Shown: piece by piece, positions 38,769 through 53,955 of the stretch
How the letters are laid out: every line of letters starts with the position of its first letter
Position numbering within the stretch: the first letter of the stretch is position 1
Assembly (NCBI GenBank): GCA_951406725.2
Contig: OX597832.1
Span: forward strand, 58,528,001-58,592,000
DNA from: Octopus vulgaris
Taxonomy: Eukaryota
Reading direction: 5' to 3'
DNA: 64,000 nucleotides
The notes under the pieces: generated by a model
Database searches by the model: none
Told to the model about the DNA's origin: nothing
The model's input: the letters and a program-made list of their open reading frames with translations, nothing else
Translations under genes and position numbers: made by a program

Positions 38769-39522
38769 AATATTTCTATTAAAGTATGAATATATGTATG
38801 TATAAACACATACACACACACACACACACACACATACACACATACATACACATACACATATACATACATGCATATAAACTACGTGAATATCTGGATATGA
38901 ATACGTATGTGTGCATGTATGTATGGTCTGTAAATATTATTGGCGTGAACATTCTACGTTTGTAAGTAAAGATATACAGCAAGCATTTAGAGATCAATGG
39001 CTTACGGCAAAAAATTGGGCTATCCTGGAACAGTATTACACACACATACACATTCCCTAGCGTGTTATCTATAGATTAGTGATGATCTACCTCATATACG
39101 CGTTCATGCTAATCTCTCTCTTCTACACCAGCTAAGAACGACACGTCAGTTCGGTTTAATTGTTTTGCGTTGTCTACCGTGCCGGTGACGCCGTACCATG
39201 GTCTTGGCTATGATGGATAAAAGAAACTTCAGAACGGTATAATACTTCTGAGAAAGGTGTGTCCGACAAAGGAGAAATATTTTTCTGTTCAGGTCACGTG
39301 GATATATTGATTAGGCAGTGGCAACAATTCTATGAATGTATGTATGTATGTATGTATGTATGTATGTATGTATGTATGTATGTATGTACGTATGTACGTA
39401 TGTATGTATGTATGCATGTATGTATGTATGTATGTATGTATGTATGTATGTATGTGTATGTGTGTATGTATGTATGTATGTATGTATGTGTGTGTATGTA
39501 TGTATGTATGTATGTTTAGTGA

Positions 39523-39694
39523 AGGCGCATAGCTCAGTGATTAGTGTTGAGCTTACGCACGTGAGGTTGTGTGTTCGAATCCCGGACCGGGCTACGAGTT
39601 GTGTTCTTGAGCAAGACACTTTATTTCAGATTGCTCCAGTTGACTCAGCTGTTGAAATGAGTTGCGACGTCACTGATGCCAAGCTGTATCGGCC

Positions 39695-39696
<2 letters not shown>
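39523..39696 (+). mobile_element. tRNA-derived SINE with CORE-like centre (5' part)
   Basis: TAGCTCAGTG A-box, GTTCGAATCCC B-box, GTGTTCTTGAGCAAGACACTTT. Confidence 0.7.
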
Positions 39697-39747
<51 letters not shown>

Positions 39748-39878
39748 TGGTATTATTATTATTGCTATTATCGCTATCATCATCATCAACATCATCATCA
39801 TCATCATCATCATCATCATTATTATTATCATTATTATTATTATTATTATTGTTATTATTATTATTGTTGTTGTTGTTG

Positions 39879-39909
<31 letters not shown>

Positions 39910-39984
39910 TGTCGTCGCCGTTGCAGTTAATATCCTCCTCCTCCTCCTCATCATCATCATCATCAACATCATTATTATCATTCA

Positions 39985-40460
39985 GTAGTCTTATTTTTAT
40001 TACGTGCTTTTACTGCACTGCTGAGCGCAGCTCTGTGTGCCTTGGGCATGTGTTATGGTTTGTTGCGGTGCTCTTATTTTCACTGTACTGAAAGTGTTCT
40101 TACGTAGGATGTGTGCGGTGTCTAGTAGAGCTATTTTCTGTATGCTATATATACTTTTAAACCTGGTAATTTTGTTATGTATTTGTCTAAATATTTTTTT
40201 ATCATACTTAATGTACCTACTATAAAAGGAACTGTTTCTGTTTTTAAGATTCACATTCGAGTTGCCTTTATTTCCAAATCATTGTATTTTGAAAGCTTCT
40301 CCGTTTCTTTTAGAGAAACCTTGTCATCTGTTGGTATTGATACATCGATTAGAAAGCATCATTTTTCTTGGTCGTGTCTGACAACTATATCCTGTATATA
40401 GGCCTTAAGTTGTTTATCTGCGTGCATTAGCATATCCCAGAGTATTTGTGCTTTCTCATG
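39985..40460 (-). pseudogene. Degraded R4/Dong LINE 3' fragment (RLE domain) in (TAA)n
   Basis: ILWD..DIVVRHDQEK..FLIDVSIP.D..EKLSKY..IQKIALLDTAHILRK with frameshifts; TAA/TGA repeats on both sides. Confidence 0.85.
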
Positions 40461-40485
40461 TATTATTATCATTATTATTATTATC

Positions 40486-40556
<71 letters not shown>

Positions 40557-40579
40557 CATCATTATTATTATTATTATTA

Positions 40580-42394
<1,815 letters not shown>

Positions 42395-42500
42395 TTGACT
42401 GAGAAAGCAGTGAAGACATCAAAGTGGCACTCAGGTAAAATACCCGAAGCCCAGTATACCCATCATGACTACCCGTCTGATAAGGGTACATCAGGCACAT
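42395..42500 (-). mobile_element. 3' end of repeat X, whose (TAC/TAA)n tail hosts the Dong insertion
   Basis: Reverse complement matches ~20355-20431. Confidence 0.75.
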
Positions 42501-42545
42501 ACTACAATTATAGTTATAATAATAATACTAATAATAATAATAGTA

Positions 42546-42578
<33 letters not shown>

Positions 42579-43578
42579 GTTGTCGTTGTTGTTGTTGTTG
42601 TTATTTCGCTTTCACTCTTTACTTAATCTTATTCCCTCACTGCTTTTCGTTTATGGTATTTTTTTCCTAAGTAGTTTACCTTTGTACTATCGTCCATGAT
42701 GTGGGCCCTTGAGGCCAATAAAATGAAACATTATAATCAGCAACATCTTTGTTATGAAAGAAAAGTTATTGTTTTTTATTCGGTTTGTGTGCGTGTGTGC
42801 GTATGTGTGCGCGCTTGCATGTGTATGTGTGCGTATGTGTGTGTGTGTTCCTGTGTGTAGAAGGGTGGATGGTCGTTAATAATTGTCGGGTAGATTGTCA
42901 TTCCCGATAATGAAACTACGGTTGTCACTTTCTTTCTTTGCTCCTGTCTTTCTTTCTTTCTTTTTTGTTTTAACCCATTAAATATGCAAATGTTTTGAGT
43001 GATGGAAGATTAACGGCCCCTTAAATTTTTCTTTTATACGCTCCGAATATGCAAATGCTTTCGGTGTTTGAAGGATTTTCTGCAGTGGAATAATAATCGA
43101 TATATCGGTAATTGGAGGGGAACAGTTCACTAAAACAAAACAAAAAGCCCCACAAAAACCCCCAAAAAATTAAAACAAACAAAAGCCCCAGAGGGTATGT
43201 TTTATTACGTAATATTATATAACAAACGATCAATATTGATCAGAAATTGTGTCCGTGTATTGTATAATGATATTGTGCCTTTATATAATATGGTGTGGTA
43301 TGCCATACCATGATATGGTATGGGTATGTGTGAGTGTGTGTGCGTGCATGTGTGTTATGTATGTGTTGTGGTATGCCATACCACGATATGGTATGCGTAT
43401 GTCTGTGAATGTGTGTGTGAGTGTGTGTGTGTATGCATGTGTATGCGTGTGTGTGTGTAGCATATGAGTATTTTGTGTGTGTGTGTGCATACATAAGTTG
43501 ATTTAGGAATATGTGCACCCTTATCACTCTCTCTTCCTCTCTCTCTCTCTATCTCTATATATATATATATACATATAC

Positions 43579-43682
<104 letters not shown>

Positions 43683-44156
43683 GTATATATATACATGCAC
43701 ACACACACATATATACATGTGTGTGTATGTGTGAATGTGTTTGTATGGTGTATTTGTTAATGTGAGTCAGTGTGTCTTTCAACTCCTCTCGATATTACGT
43801 TCTTCAAACTGTGGAACACGAACCAGAAATACAGTTTAAGTTGTAGTCTTTGCAAATTAAAGATCAGATCCAGTCGAACAAGAGTAAGGCTAGTTAAGGC
43901 AAAATCTGGTGCGAAGAAAGAACTGTAGAACGGGATTATGTAATTGTTGCTGGTAAGGTGTATAGTGGTGAGGGGACAAGGTGAAGGGCATAAGAAACAT
44001 TATGCGACTATAGCAGAATAAAGATCCCTGAGGGTTAGCTTTCATATGTGTATATATGTATATATATATGCATTATATATATGCATTATATATAATATAT
44101 ATTTCTACATAATAATTCTATTTAGGATATAACGTTAGAGTTTCCTACTTAATGTT

Positions 44157-44193
<37 letters not shown>

Positions 44194-44619
44194 ACACATA
44201 TATATATTTGTATATATATATATATATGTGTGTGTATATATTTGTCAATATATATATAGACATACATATACATATACATATAAATGCATATGCATATATA
44301 TATACATATATATGTGCGTGTGTGTGTGTACGTGTGTATGAGTATCTACGAATATATATAAATGCATCCACACACATATATTTGCGTGTGCATGTTTTCG
44401 GCATAGTGGTAATAAAATAATGCTGCAGAAAATATTGTTAACTATTCTTCGTTCTACACGAAGCCAAGAATCGATATTAAAAGCTTTAAGTTACAATGCA
44501 GAAAATACACAGCGTGAACAAAAACCTTACAACACTTCCTCGAAGTCAAATTCAAACTCTGCTGAGTGCTGAATCATCAGTTTTTTCATCTTCTACAATG
44601 CATGTATGTATAAATGTAA

Positions 44620-44960
44620 GGTACGAAATTTTGGGGAGGGGGCAGTCGATCTAATCGACCACAGTACGCAACTGGTACTTAACTTATAACCCTGAAAGGA
44701 TGGAAAGCGAAGTCAACCGCGACGAAATTTGAATTCAGAACGTAAAGACAGACGAAATGCCGCTAAGCATTTCGCCCTGCGTGCTAACGTTTCTGCCAGC
44801 TCGCTACCTTTATAAATCATTTCTACTCAAGGCACAAGGCCCGGGATTTTGGGGGAGGGAGCCAGTTGATTAGATCGACCCCAATACACAACTGGTACTT
44901 CATTTATCGATGCCGAAAGGATGAAAAGCAAAGTCGACCTCGGTGGAATTTGAACTCAGA
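44620..44960 (-). mobile_element. Two SINE family B copies
   Basis: Reverse-complement homology to 1540-1737. Confidence 0.8.
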
Positions 44961-46774
44961 AAACCGCCTTCATATATGTAAATAATAAGAATCTTATAAT
45001 TTTCTTAAAACTCTGGTGTTTTTCTTTTTTTCGTTTCCTTTTATTTTTGTATCAGATCTCGAAATACAGTGGGAACGATTCCATTATTACCAGTTTGAAT
45101 TTCTGTATTTTTGTTGTGGTATATTTCTGTTAACCTTACAACAGATTACCTATGGTTCCTTTCGATTAACTATGGTTCCCTTTGATTACCTATGGATCAC
45201 TTTGATTTCTGTTTTACTCTGCTGGGCCTTCATAGTCATTGGATGTTTAAAGACTCGCTTTTGTATTTTTAAAGCTAAATATTATTAGTAACTATATAAA
45301 GAAAATTGTTAAAATATGTTGTGTATTCTAAAATTATAACCGATTTATTGCACATAAGCAAATTTTTATATAGACCCCCAAGGTCTCTATGGGTTCCAGT
45401 GGAGTCCCACTGTGTTAGAAGATGATTCCGGTTTAAAGAAGGGTTAAATCCTTTGAAAATGGTTTCAAAACTGCATCACACACGATCGTAGTTCTGCAGA
45501 TACCAGACATGTTATCATTTTAATCGGTCGCAGCGATAGAAATGGTCTAGTCTTCTTCGATTATAACTCTTTTTCTCTTTTACTCTTTTACTTGTTTCAG
45601 TCAAGGAAGGAAACATGCATTGGATATTGTGCTCCATCCTTGACACACTATATCTGGAAAAAGAGCGTAATTGTCACACCAGGAAAAACTTTGATTGAAG
45701 TTCTGCTCGATCAGAGTTGATTTATGACTAAAAAAAATTAAACCGTTAATATCAGGCAAGACACAAATGCGAAGTTGTGACCATCATGCTTATTTGAAGG
45801 CCATTAGCTAGTTTACCGTCCAACGAAGATAGAAACAGCTTTGTATATTCGACCGAATGTTAGCTAACCGTACTACTACAGACATTCAGTTAAATAAATT
45901 TTGTTCGATGCTTTTGATAAGGCACTAAACACTTTGATATCTTAGAGAGCAGCATATATAATTCTGTGTAGTTTATATCCTTGGGAGCTGCGTATATTAT
46001 TTTGAGCAGTGAATATAAATGTGAGCCATGCATTTGTGAATAGCATGTGTATTTTGAGTAGTGTATATAGCTTATTTGTTGTTTTACGTTTTGTTTTTCC
46101 ATAGTGTTCATTCCGGAGAACATTTGCGGACACAATGGAAAGGAAGTAACTTGATCACAGACTGAATTTGTAGCAGAGACCTCGACTGTGTTGGATGTTT
46201 GCTTCAAGTTATAAGGCACTCACGGAATTCGGTGAAATATTGATGCGATTTAGTTGCTATATACTAAATAGTATTGTCGAAATGTCTAAACTCAGTAAAG
46301 AGGCCAAATCTTGCGTAAAGGAAGAGGTCGTAATTACTCAATTGATTTTGGTTGGAATCCTATTCTAGCTATCAATGCCTGACACGAGGTCAGTTACTCT
46401 GCAGATAGAACTCTATCACTACTTTAACACCGAAACTGCTGACTGCATAAAATCGTTAGGAGCGGATTAAAAGGTTAGCGTGAAAGAAATGTGCGCTTTC
46501 TGGTGGCATAGACGATGCAGTGCTAAGACTGCACCGCTGCTGCCTGAGGGGATTTAAGAGGTGTAATCTTCTCTAACAACTAGAGATGTGATGCCACTGT
46601 ATTGATTGTAATTTCTTGGGAAGATTCCTTCCTGCCAAATTTAATTGATATTTATCAACACACTTGGTTATGTAAGGTCTTGTTTGGCGAACAGCTAATC
46701 ATAATGTCCAGATTCTTCATTTGTTGGTGAATATACACACACACACACACACACAAACACAAACAGACACACAA

Positions 46775-46809
<35 letters not shown>

Positions 46810-47187
46810 GTTGAGGTGTGTTCTGTTAAGAACGTATAAGAGTACAAATAGAGCTCGTTCACCCTTAGAGTTCCCAAATAGCCGGTAGTATTCTTATGGT
46901 GTGCTACCAATTCTAGTCTTAGGTATTCCTCGTTTGTGAAAATAAAAAAGTAAAATGTAAAAAATAAAGATATTTGCACAGAGGAGATACATATAGATCA
47001 TCTTATACAGGTAAATCGTTAAATAATTTAATTTAAACTTAACTTTAACTCCTGTATATACGAGGATCTGTATGTAACGAAACATTTGTAGCGATTAAAA
47101 AACTGCCTAACCGTACTTTGACTCTTTTACTTTTTACTTTTTGCTTTGTATTTTTTACTTTTTACTTGATATATATATATACACACG

Positions 47188-47232
<45 letters not shown>

Positions 47233-47275
47233 ATATATGTATGTATGTATGTATATGTATATATGTATGTATGTA

Positions 47276-47308
<33 letters not shown>

Positions 47309-47692
47309 CTATTGTTGTTGTTATTGATGATATTTGTTGTTGTTAAGTAACAAGACGTGTAAGGGTGATTAGGTGATGGTCTAGGGCTTAGGGGCGGGAG
47401 ACCCCAGACCTTGGAAAAATAAAAAATAACTTTGGTAGTCTTGTTGTAGTCGAGGGCTCTTCGTTGGCGCCGACACCACTGAGAGGTGGCCCTCGAACTC
47501 GCTGGAAATGGAGATCTCCAGGTCCAAATTCTTGAATGGCTGTGGTTGATGATATTGTTCTATTGAGCTAATCAACCTAATAACGTAACTTATTTATTGA
47601 AAGTGTACAGATTTCGATATTGTTTTGATATCGTAGTTTGCTTTTTTAAACTTTGGCAAAGATATTCTTTAATTATAGAACACTAGAATTAT

Positions 47693-47750
47693 AGAGCGCC
47701 GGCCACTAACCCCGAGATTCCGAGTTCAATTCCAGGCAGTGACCTGAATA
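47693..47750 (+). mobile_element. Head fragment of the tRNA-headed hammerhead element
   Basis: AGAGCGCCGGCCACTAACCCCGAGATTCCGAGTTCAATTCCAGGCAGTGACCTG followed by (TAA)n; matches ~9908-9962. Confidence 0.8.
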
Positions 47751-47757
47751 ATAATGC

Positions 47758-47807
<50 letters not shown>

Positions 47808-48129
47808 TTACGTAGTGGCTGTGTGGTAAGTAACTTGCTTACCAACCATATGATTTCGGGTTCAGTCCCATTGCATGCCACAATGGGCAAGTGTCTTTCA
47901 CTATAACCCCTGGCCGACCAAAGCCTTGTCAGTGGATTTGGTAGGCGGAAACTGAATGATGCCCGTCGTATATATGTATAAAAGAATTTACTGTGATAAA
48001 GGTTGCGAGGCGCTCGATTATGTCTCTGGTATTTTGTCCGGTATTTATCTCTTGCGTGTTTACGTATTCTTCACTCGTTGATGTCCTGTACACAATGTGT
48101 ATTTTTAATTATATATGTATGTATGCATG

Positions 48130-48192
<63 letters not shown>

Positions 48193-48266
48193 ATGTGTGT
48201 ATATATACCACATGTGAGCCGTTGGCGATTTTCTCCCTCTGCCATACTTTCTTTGGGACTTACCTC

Positions 48267-48304
48267 TGTTTCCGATGGAGAGCGTCTGCTCGAAACGTTA
48301 AATA
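48267..48304 (+). ncRNA. Minimal hammerhead motif (degenerate core CCGAUGG)
   Basis: TGTTT-CCGATGG-A-GAGC(GTCT)GCTC-GAAA-C-GTT-AAATA. Confidence 0.6.
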
Positions 48305-48439
48305 ATGTTTCTTTCCCATCTTCAGCGTCTGCTAATACATCACAAGTACCATGTCAGCGCGTTGTTGTTTTTTTTTGTGTTTGTTCTTTTTTCTTAAAAA
48401 AGGAAAATACGCACGCTTACATTTAATATAATTTTTAAT

Positions 48440-48474
48440 ATATCGACCGGTTTCGCTATCGCTATTCATGATAT
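48440..48474 (-). ncRNA. 35-nt minimal hammerhead with A3-U8 core (AUGAAUA)
   Basis: ATATC-ATGAATA-GC(GATA)GC-GAAA-CCGG-TC-GATAT: perfect stem I, palindromic ACC/GGT stem III, GUC site. Confidence 0.65.
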
Positions 48475-48529
48475 TGTTTTACTTATTTGAATATATATTT
48501 TTTTAAGAAGAAAATTTTGTCCATGTTGT

Positions 48530-48593
<64 letters not shown>

Positions 48594-48623
48594 CAAAATA
48601 AGCAACAAGGATATCTAGAGGTA

Positions 48624-48710
48624 ATGCAGTAGATCGTTTCAAGCAACTCCATTTAAGTGAGCAAAACAATCATGACATCAATTTAACTGCAGAGTAATTC
48701 TCAGCTGCAT
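48624..48710 (-). ncRNA. Degenerate hammerhead with long stem II
   Basis: ATGCAG-CTGAGAA-..ACTCTG...TGGAGT..-GAAA-CGATC-TA-CTGCAT; 6-bp stem I, core imperfect. Confidence 0.45.
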
Positions 48711-49059
48711 AAAGCACCATATTCATCTGAATCTATATATATATTCGTGTGTTTGTGCTTGTCCCTCCACCATCGCTTGACAACAGATACTGATTTGTTT
48801 ACGTTCCCGTAACTTAGCGGTTCCGCAAAAGAGCCCAATAGAAATAGTACAAGGCTGACAAACAATAGGTCCTGGGCACGATTTGTTCGACTAAAGGCGA
48901 TGCTCTAGCATGGCGGCAGTTACATGTCTGAAACAAAAAAAAAAGAGTAAAAGAGTGAAAAAAAAAAATGTTCCACATATAACCTCAACAGGCGCAGTCG
49001 CGGCCGAGCGGTAAGAGGTGAGTTGGTTCAGTGGCCGGAAACTGAAAGAAGCCCACGTC

Positions 49060-50058
49060 TGGGGTCGATTCATTTGACTAATAAAAAATGCACAAGCAAA
49101 AAAATTCTTCAAGACGATGCTCCTGCATGGCCGCAGTGCAATCACTAAAACAAATTAAAGAATTGTTCCCTGGTGCTAAATCCTGACCAACTTAGGCCGT
49201 TCACGAATGAAGCAATTTGCTAAAACGTAAATTAGACATGCGGCTTTGAGAATAAGTCCTGGGGTCGATTTGTTCGACTAAAGGCGCTGCTCCAGCATGA
49301 CCGCAGTGGAATCCCTAAAACAAATTAAAGAATCGTTCCCAGATGCTAAATCCTGACCAACTTAGGCCGTCCACAAACGAAGCAATTTGCTAACACGTAA
49401 ATTATACAGGCGGCTTTAAGAATAAGTCCTGGGGTCGATTTGTTCGACTAAAGGCGGTGCTCCAGCATGACCGCAGTGGAATCACTAAAACAAATTAAAG
49501 AATCGTTCCCAGATGCTAAATCCTGACCAACTTAGGCCGTCCACAAACGAAGCAATTTGCTAACACGTAAATTATACAGGCGGCTTTAAGAATAAGTCCT
49601 GGGGTCGATTTGTTCGACTAAAGGCACTGCTCCAGCGTGGTCGCAGTGGAATCACTAAAGCAAATTAAGGAATCGTTCCCAGATGCTAAATCCTGACCAA
49701 CTTAGGCCGTCCACGAATGAAGCAATTTGCCCTAAAGTAATTATACATGCGGCTTTGAGAATAAGTCCTGGGGTCGATTTGTTCGATTAAAAGCGGTGCT
49801 CCAGCATGGCTACAGTGGAATCACTAAAACAAATTAAGGAATCGTTCCTAGATACTAAATCCTGACAAACGAATGAAGCAATTTGCCAACACGTAATAAT
49901 ACAGGCGGCTTTGAGAATAAGTCCTGGGGTCGATTTGTTCGACTAAAGGCAGTGCTCCAGCGTGGTCGCAGTGGAATCACTAAAGCAAATTAAAGAATCG
50001 TTCCCAGATGCTAAATCCTGACAAACGAATGAAGCAATTCGTAATTATACAGGCGGTT
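49060..50058 (+). repeat. ~170-bp tandem repeat (about 6 units) made of a SINE A tail plus flank
   Basis: GAATAAGTCCTGGGGTCG starts at 49250, 49420, 49590, 49759 and 49915. Confidence 0.92.
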
Positions 50059-50369
50059 TTGCTTGTAGACCTATGTTTAGTAGTATTGTTAACTTTAATT
50101 TCCTCAACTGCATGCGAGGAGGAAGTTGATGTATAATGCACCATGCAAATAGATTGCACATTTAGCTGGTAAAAGCATACATCGATAGAAGCCGGGCTGA
50201 AAACATTGCGTTTTTACGTTGAGTGGCTGTTTTGCAATTGTTAATAGAAATATTCCGATGTCCAACGCAGAAAGTTTTTGTGCTGACATCTATTAGTCAT
50301 CTCTTACTTCGTTTATCCCATTCATCTACAACAAAACTTGCTGTCCGACCACGCAATCCAGCATCACCA

Positions 50370-51305
50370 TCGCTACCACCACCACCACCACCACCACCAC
50401 CCCCACCGCTACCATCAGCATCAGTAGCAGCAGCAGCAGCAGAACACTAGCAGCCGCAGCACAAGTACCATCACCGCAAACTCTGTCGATCGCTGATATC
50501 AAATATTAAAAGCGTCACCATTGCCGTTCGTCGCCCCACCGCCAGCACCGCCAACCGTACTAACAGCAGCAGCAGCAATACCACCGCCATTATTATAACC
50601 ACCACCACCACCACTACAATTACCTCCACCACCACCATACCATCACTACTCCCACCCCACCATCATCACCACCCTACCATCACTACCACCATACCATCAT
50701 CACTACCACTACCCAACCATCACTACCACCCTAAACCCACCACACCACCACCACTACCGCCACCACCACCACTACCGCCACCACCACCACTACCGCCACC
50801 ACCACCACGAGTTACATGGTTAGCATCACCGTCACCGACACCTCAACCACTATCACCACCACCACCACCACCACTACCATACCAAGCCCATCACACCACC
50901 ACTACCACTACCGCCCCCGCCACCGCCCCCGCCACCGCCCCCGCCACCGCCCCCGCCACCGCCCCCGCCACCGCTCACGCCACCGCAACCGCCACCGCCA
51001 CCACCAACACCGCCGCCGCCACGACTTACATGGTTATCATCACCGCCACCAACACCTCAACCACCACCACCACCACCACCACCACCACCACCAAAATCAC
51101 CACCAACACCACCACCAACACCACCACCAACACCGACACTCACCACCATCTAAACATGCCACAAGAGACACCGCTACCACCTCCATCGCCAATACCCACC
51201 ACCATCGGTTATCCCAGCACCAAATCTAGTTCCACTATAACAACCTCAACAGCCTACCTGCCTCCAACGACCACCACGATGACTACAACAGATACTTCTT
51301 TTTAA

Positions 51306-51355
<50 letters not shown>

Positions 51356-52105
51356 AACAACTACTACTACTACTACTACCAAAACCAGCGCCATCAGTAT
51401 CCCCACCCCAACTAGCTACTACGACCTGCATCGCCACAAGCATCACCATCAACAACATGCAAACAACACAACCACCACCACCACAAACCACCACCACCGC
51501 TACCACCACTACCATTACTAACACCACAACCACTACCACCAACACGATGACGAACACGACGACGACGACCACCACCACCATTACAATCACCAGCATCAGC
51601 ATCAGCACCACAACCACCACCACCACTACAATAATCATCACCACCGCCACTAGCACCAATACCACAAACAATTACCACCACCACTACTACCATCACTACC
51701 ACCATCACCACCACCACTACCCCCGCCACCTTTGCTAACACCACAACAACTAATACCAACACCACGACTACCACCACCATCAGCAGGACCACAACCACTA
51801 ACATCATCATCGCCACCACCACCACCACAACCACCACCACCACCCATACCACCAACAATACCACCACCATCACCGCCATGGCTAAGGCAAGCACCGTCAT
51901 CACCATCAGCAGGGCCACCACCACTAACATCATCATCGCCACCACCACCACCACCACAATCCACCACCACCACCACCCATACCACCAACAATACCACCAC
52001 CATCACCGCCGTGGCTAAGGCAAGCACCGTCATTACCATCGCCATCGTCCACTACAACCGTCAGCATCCTGATATCAGTAACAGTAGTATGAGTGGTACT
52101 AGAAA

Positions 52106-52136
<31 letters not shown>

Positions 52137-52234
52137 GACGACAACAGCAACAACAACAACAGCAACAGGCGTAGCGGATGCAACAGCAGCAGCAGCAGCA
52201 GTTGGAGACCTAGACGACGGTGACGACCAGAGAA

Positions 52235-52265
<31 letters not shown>

Positions 52266-52270
52266 GAAAG
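50370..52270. repeat. (CAC/TAC/CAG/CAA)n low-complexity tract with a ~126-bp tandem duplication (~51776-52033)
   Basis: Direct inspection; TGGCTAAGGCAAGCACCGTCAT occurs twice. Confidence 0.9.
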
Positions 52271-52417
52271 GATCTTAAACGAAGCGGGAACAACAAGAAG
52301 AAGCACAAACCGAAAGACCCAGTCTGCTTTGACTCGATGTCATCCACATTATTTTCATCACCAGATTAAACAGAGCAAGAGAATCGATAGCGTATCACTA
52401 AATTATATATACATATA

Positions 52418-52477
<60 letters not shown>

Positions 52478-52489
52478 TACGTACACACA

Positions 52490-53530
52490 TACATACATAT
52501 ATGCGTACACACATACATACATGCATACACACATATACTTACAGACATACATATGTACACACACATACATACATACATACATACATACATGCGTACACAC
52601 ATATATATGGGTACACACATACAGACATGCATACACACGTACATACTTACAGACATACATGCGTACATACACACATATGTACACACATACATACATGCAT
52701 ACACACACATATACTTACAGACATACATATGTACACACATACATACATACATACATGCGTACACACATACATATGTACACACATACATACATGCGTACAC
52801 ACATATATATGCGTACACATATACACACATGCATACACACGTACATACTTACAGACATACATGCGTACATACACACATATGTACACACATACATACATGC
52901 ATACACACACATATACTTACAGACATACATATGTACACACATACATACATACATACATGCGTACACACATACATATGTACACACATACATACATGCGTAC
53001 ACACATATATATGCGTACACACATACACACATGCATACACACGTACATACTTACAGACATACATGCGTACATACACACATATGTACACACATACATACAT
53101 GCATACACACACATATACTTACAGACATACATATGTACACACATACATACATACATACATGCGTACACACATACATATGTACACACATACATACATGCGT
53201 ACACACATATATATGCGTACACACATACATACATGCATACACACATACATACATACAGACATACATGCGTACATACACACATATGTACACACATACATAC
53301 ATGCATACACACACATATACTTACAGACATACATATGTACACATATACATACATACATACATACATGTGTACACACATACATATGTACACACATACATAC
53401 ATGCGTACACATATATATATGCGTACACACAAACATACATGCATACACACATACATACTTACAGACATACATGCGTACGTACACACATATGTACACACAT
53501 ACATACATATATGCGTACCCACATACATAT
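52490..53530. repeat. 202-bp higher-order tandem repeat of (CA/CATA)-derived sequence
   Basis: Near-identical ORFs at 52647, 52849 and 53051 (202-bp period); anchor TACTTACAGACATACAT. Confidence 0.9.
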
Positions 53531-53924
53531 ATGCGTACATAAATACATACATGTAATGCTTACATGCATACGTACATAAACATACATACGTACGTACATA
53601 CTTGCGTACACATGTACATATATACATGCATACATACATACTTGCGTACACACATACATGCATACATACATACTTACATACATACAGGCAATGCTTACAT
53701 ATATACATACATACATACATACATACATACATACATACATACATACATACTTACACACTTGCATAGAACCATGCACACATATATACGTACGTGCATATAT
53801 ATGTAGATGCATAGACATATATATATGAACATATGAACACAGCCATATAAATATACATTCGTAAATACATACATATATACATACACACAGACATATGCAC
53901 ATATATGTGTGTGTGTATTTATAC

Positions 53925-53955
<31 letters not shown>

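Larger units (their letters stand above)
47812..48960 (+). mobile_element. SINE family A split by a ~770-bp stack of PLE pLTR remnants
   Basis: 5' half ~47812-47975 and 3' half ~48745-48960; the interval holds (TA)n tracts and three HHR motifs. Confidence 0.75.

Noticed and set aside
43795-45412. Possible hAT-type MITE ends around nested SINEs
   Set aside because: Termini too degenerate; no TSD confirmed.
49250-50058. CRISPR-like or retrozyme array
   Set aside because: The intervening sequences are near-identical rather than unique spacers, the context is eukaryotic, and there is no hammerhead core.
52329-53579. 416-aa His/Thr/Tyr-rich ORF and the many similar YI/CV/HT-rich ORFs
   Set aside because: Translations of stop-free microsatellites.
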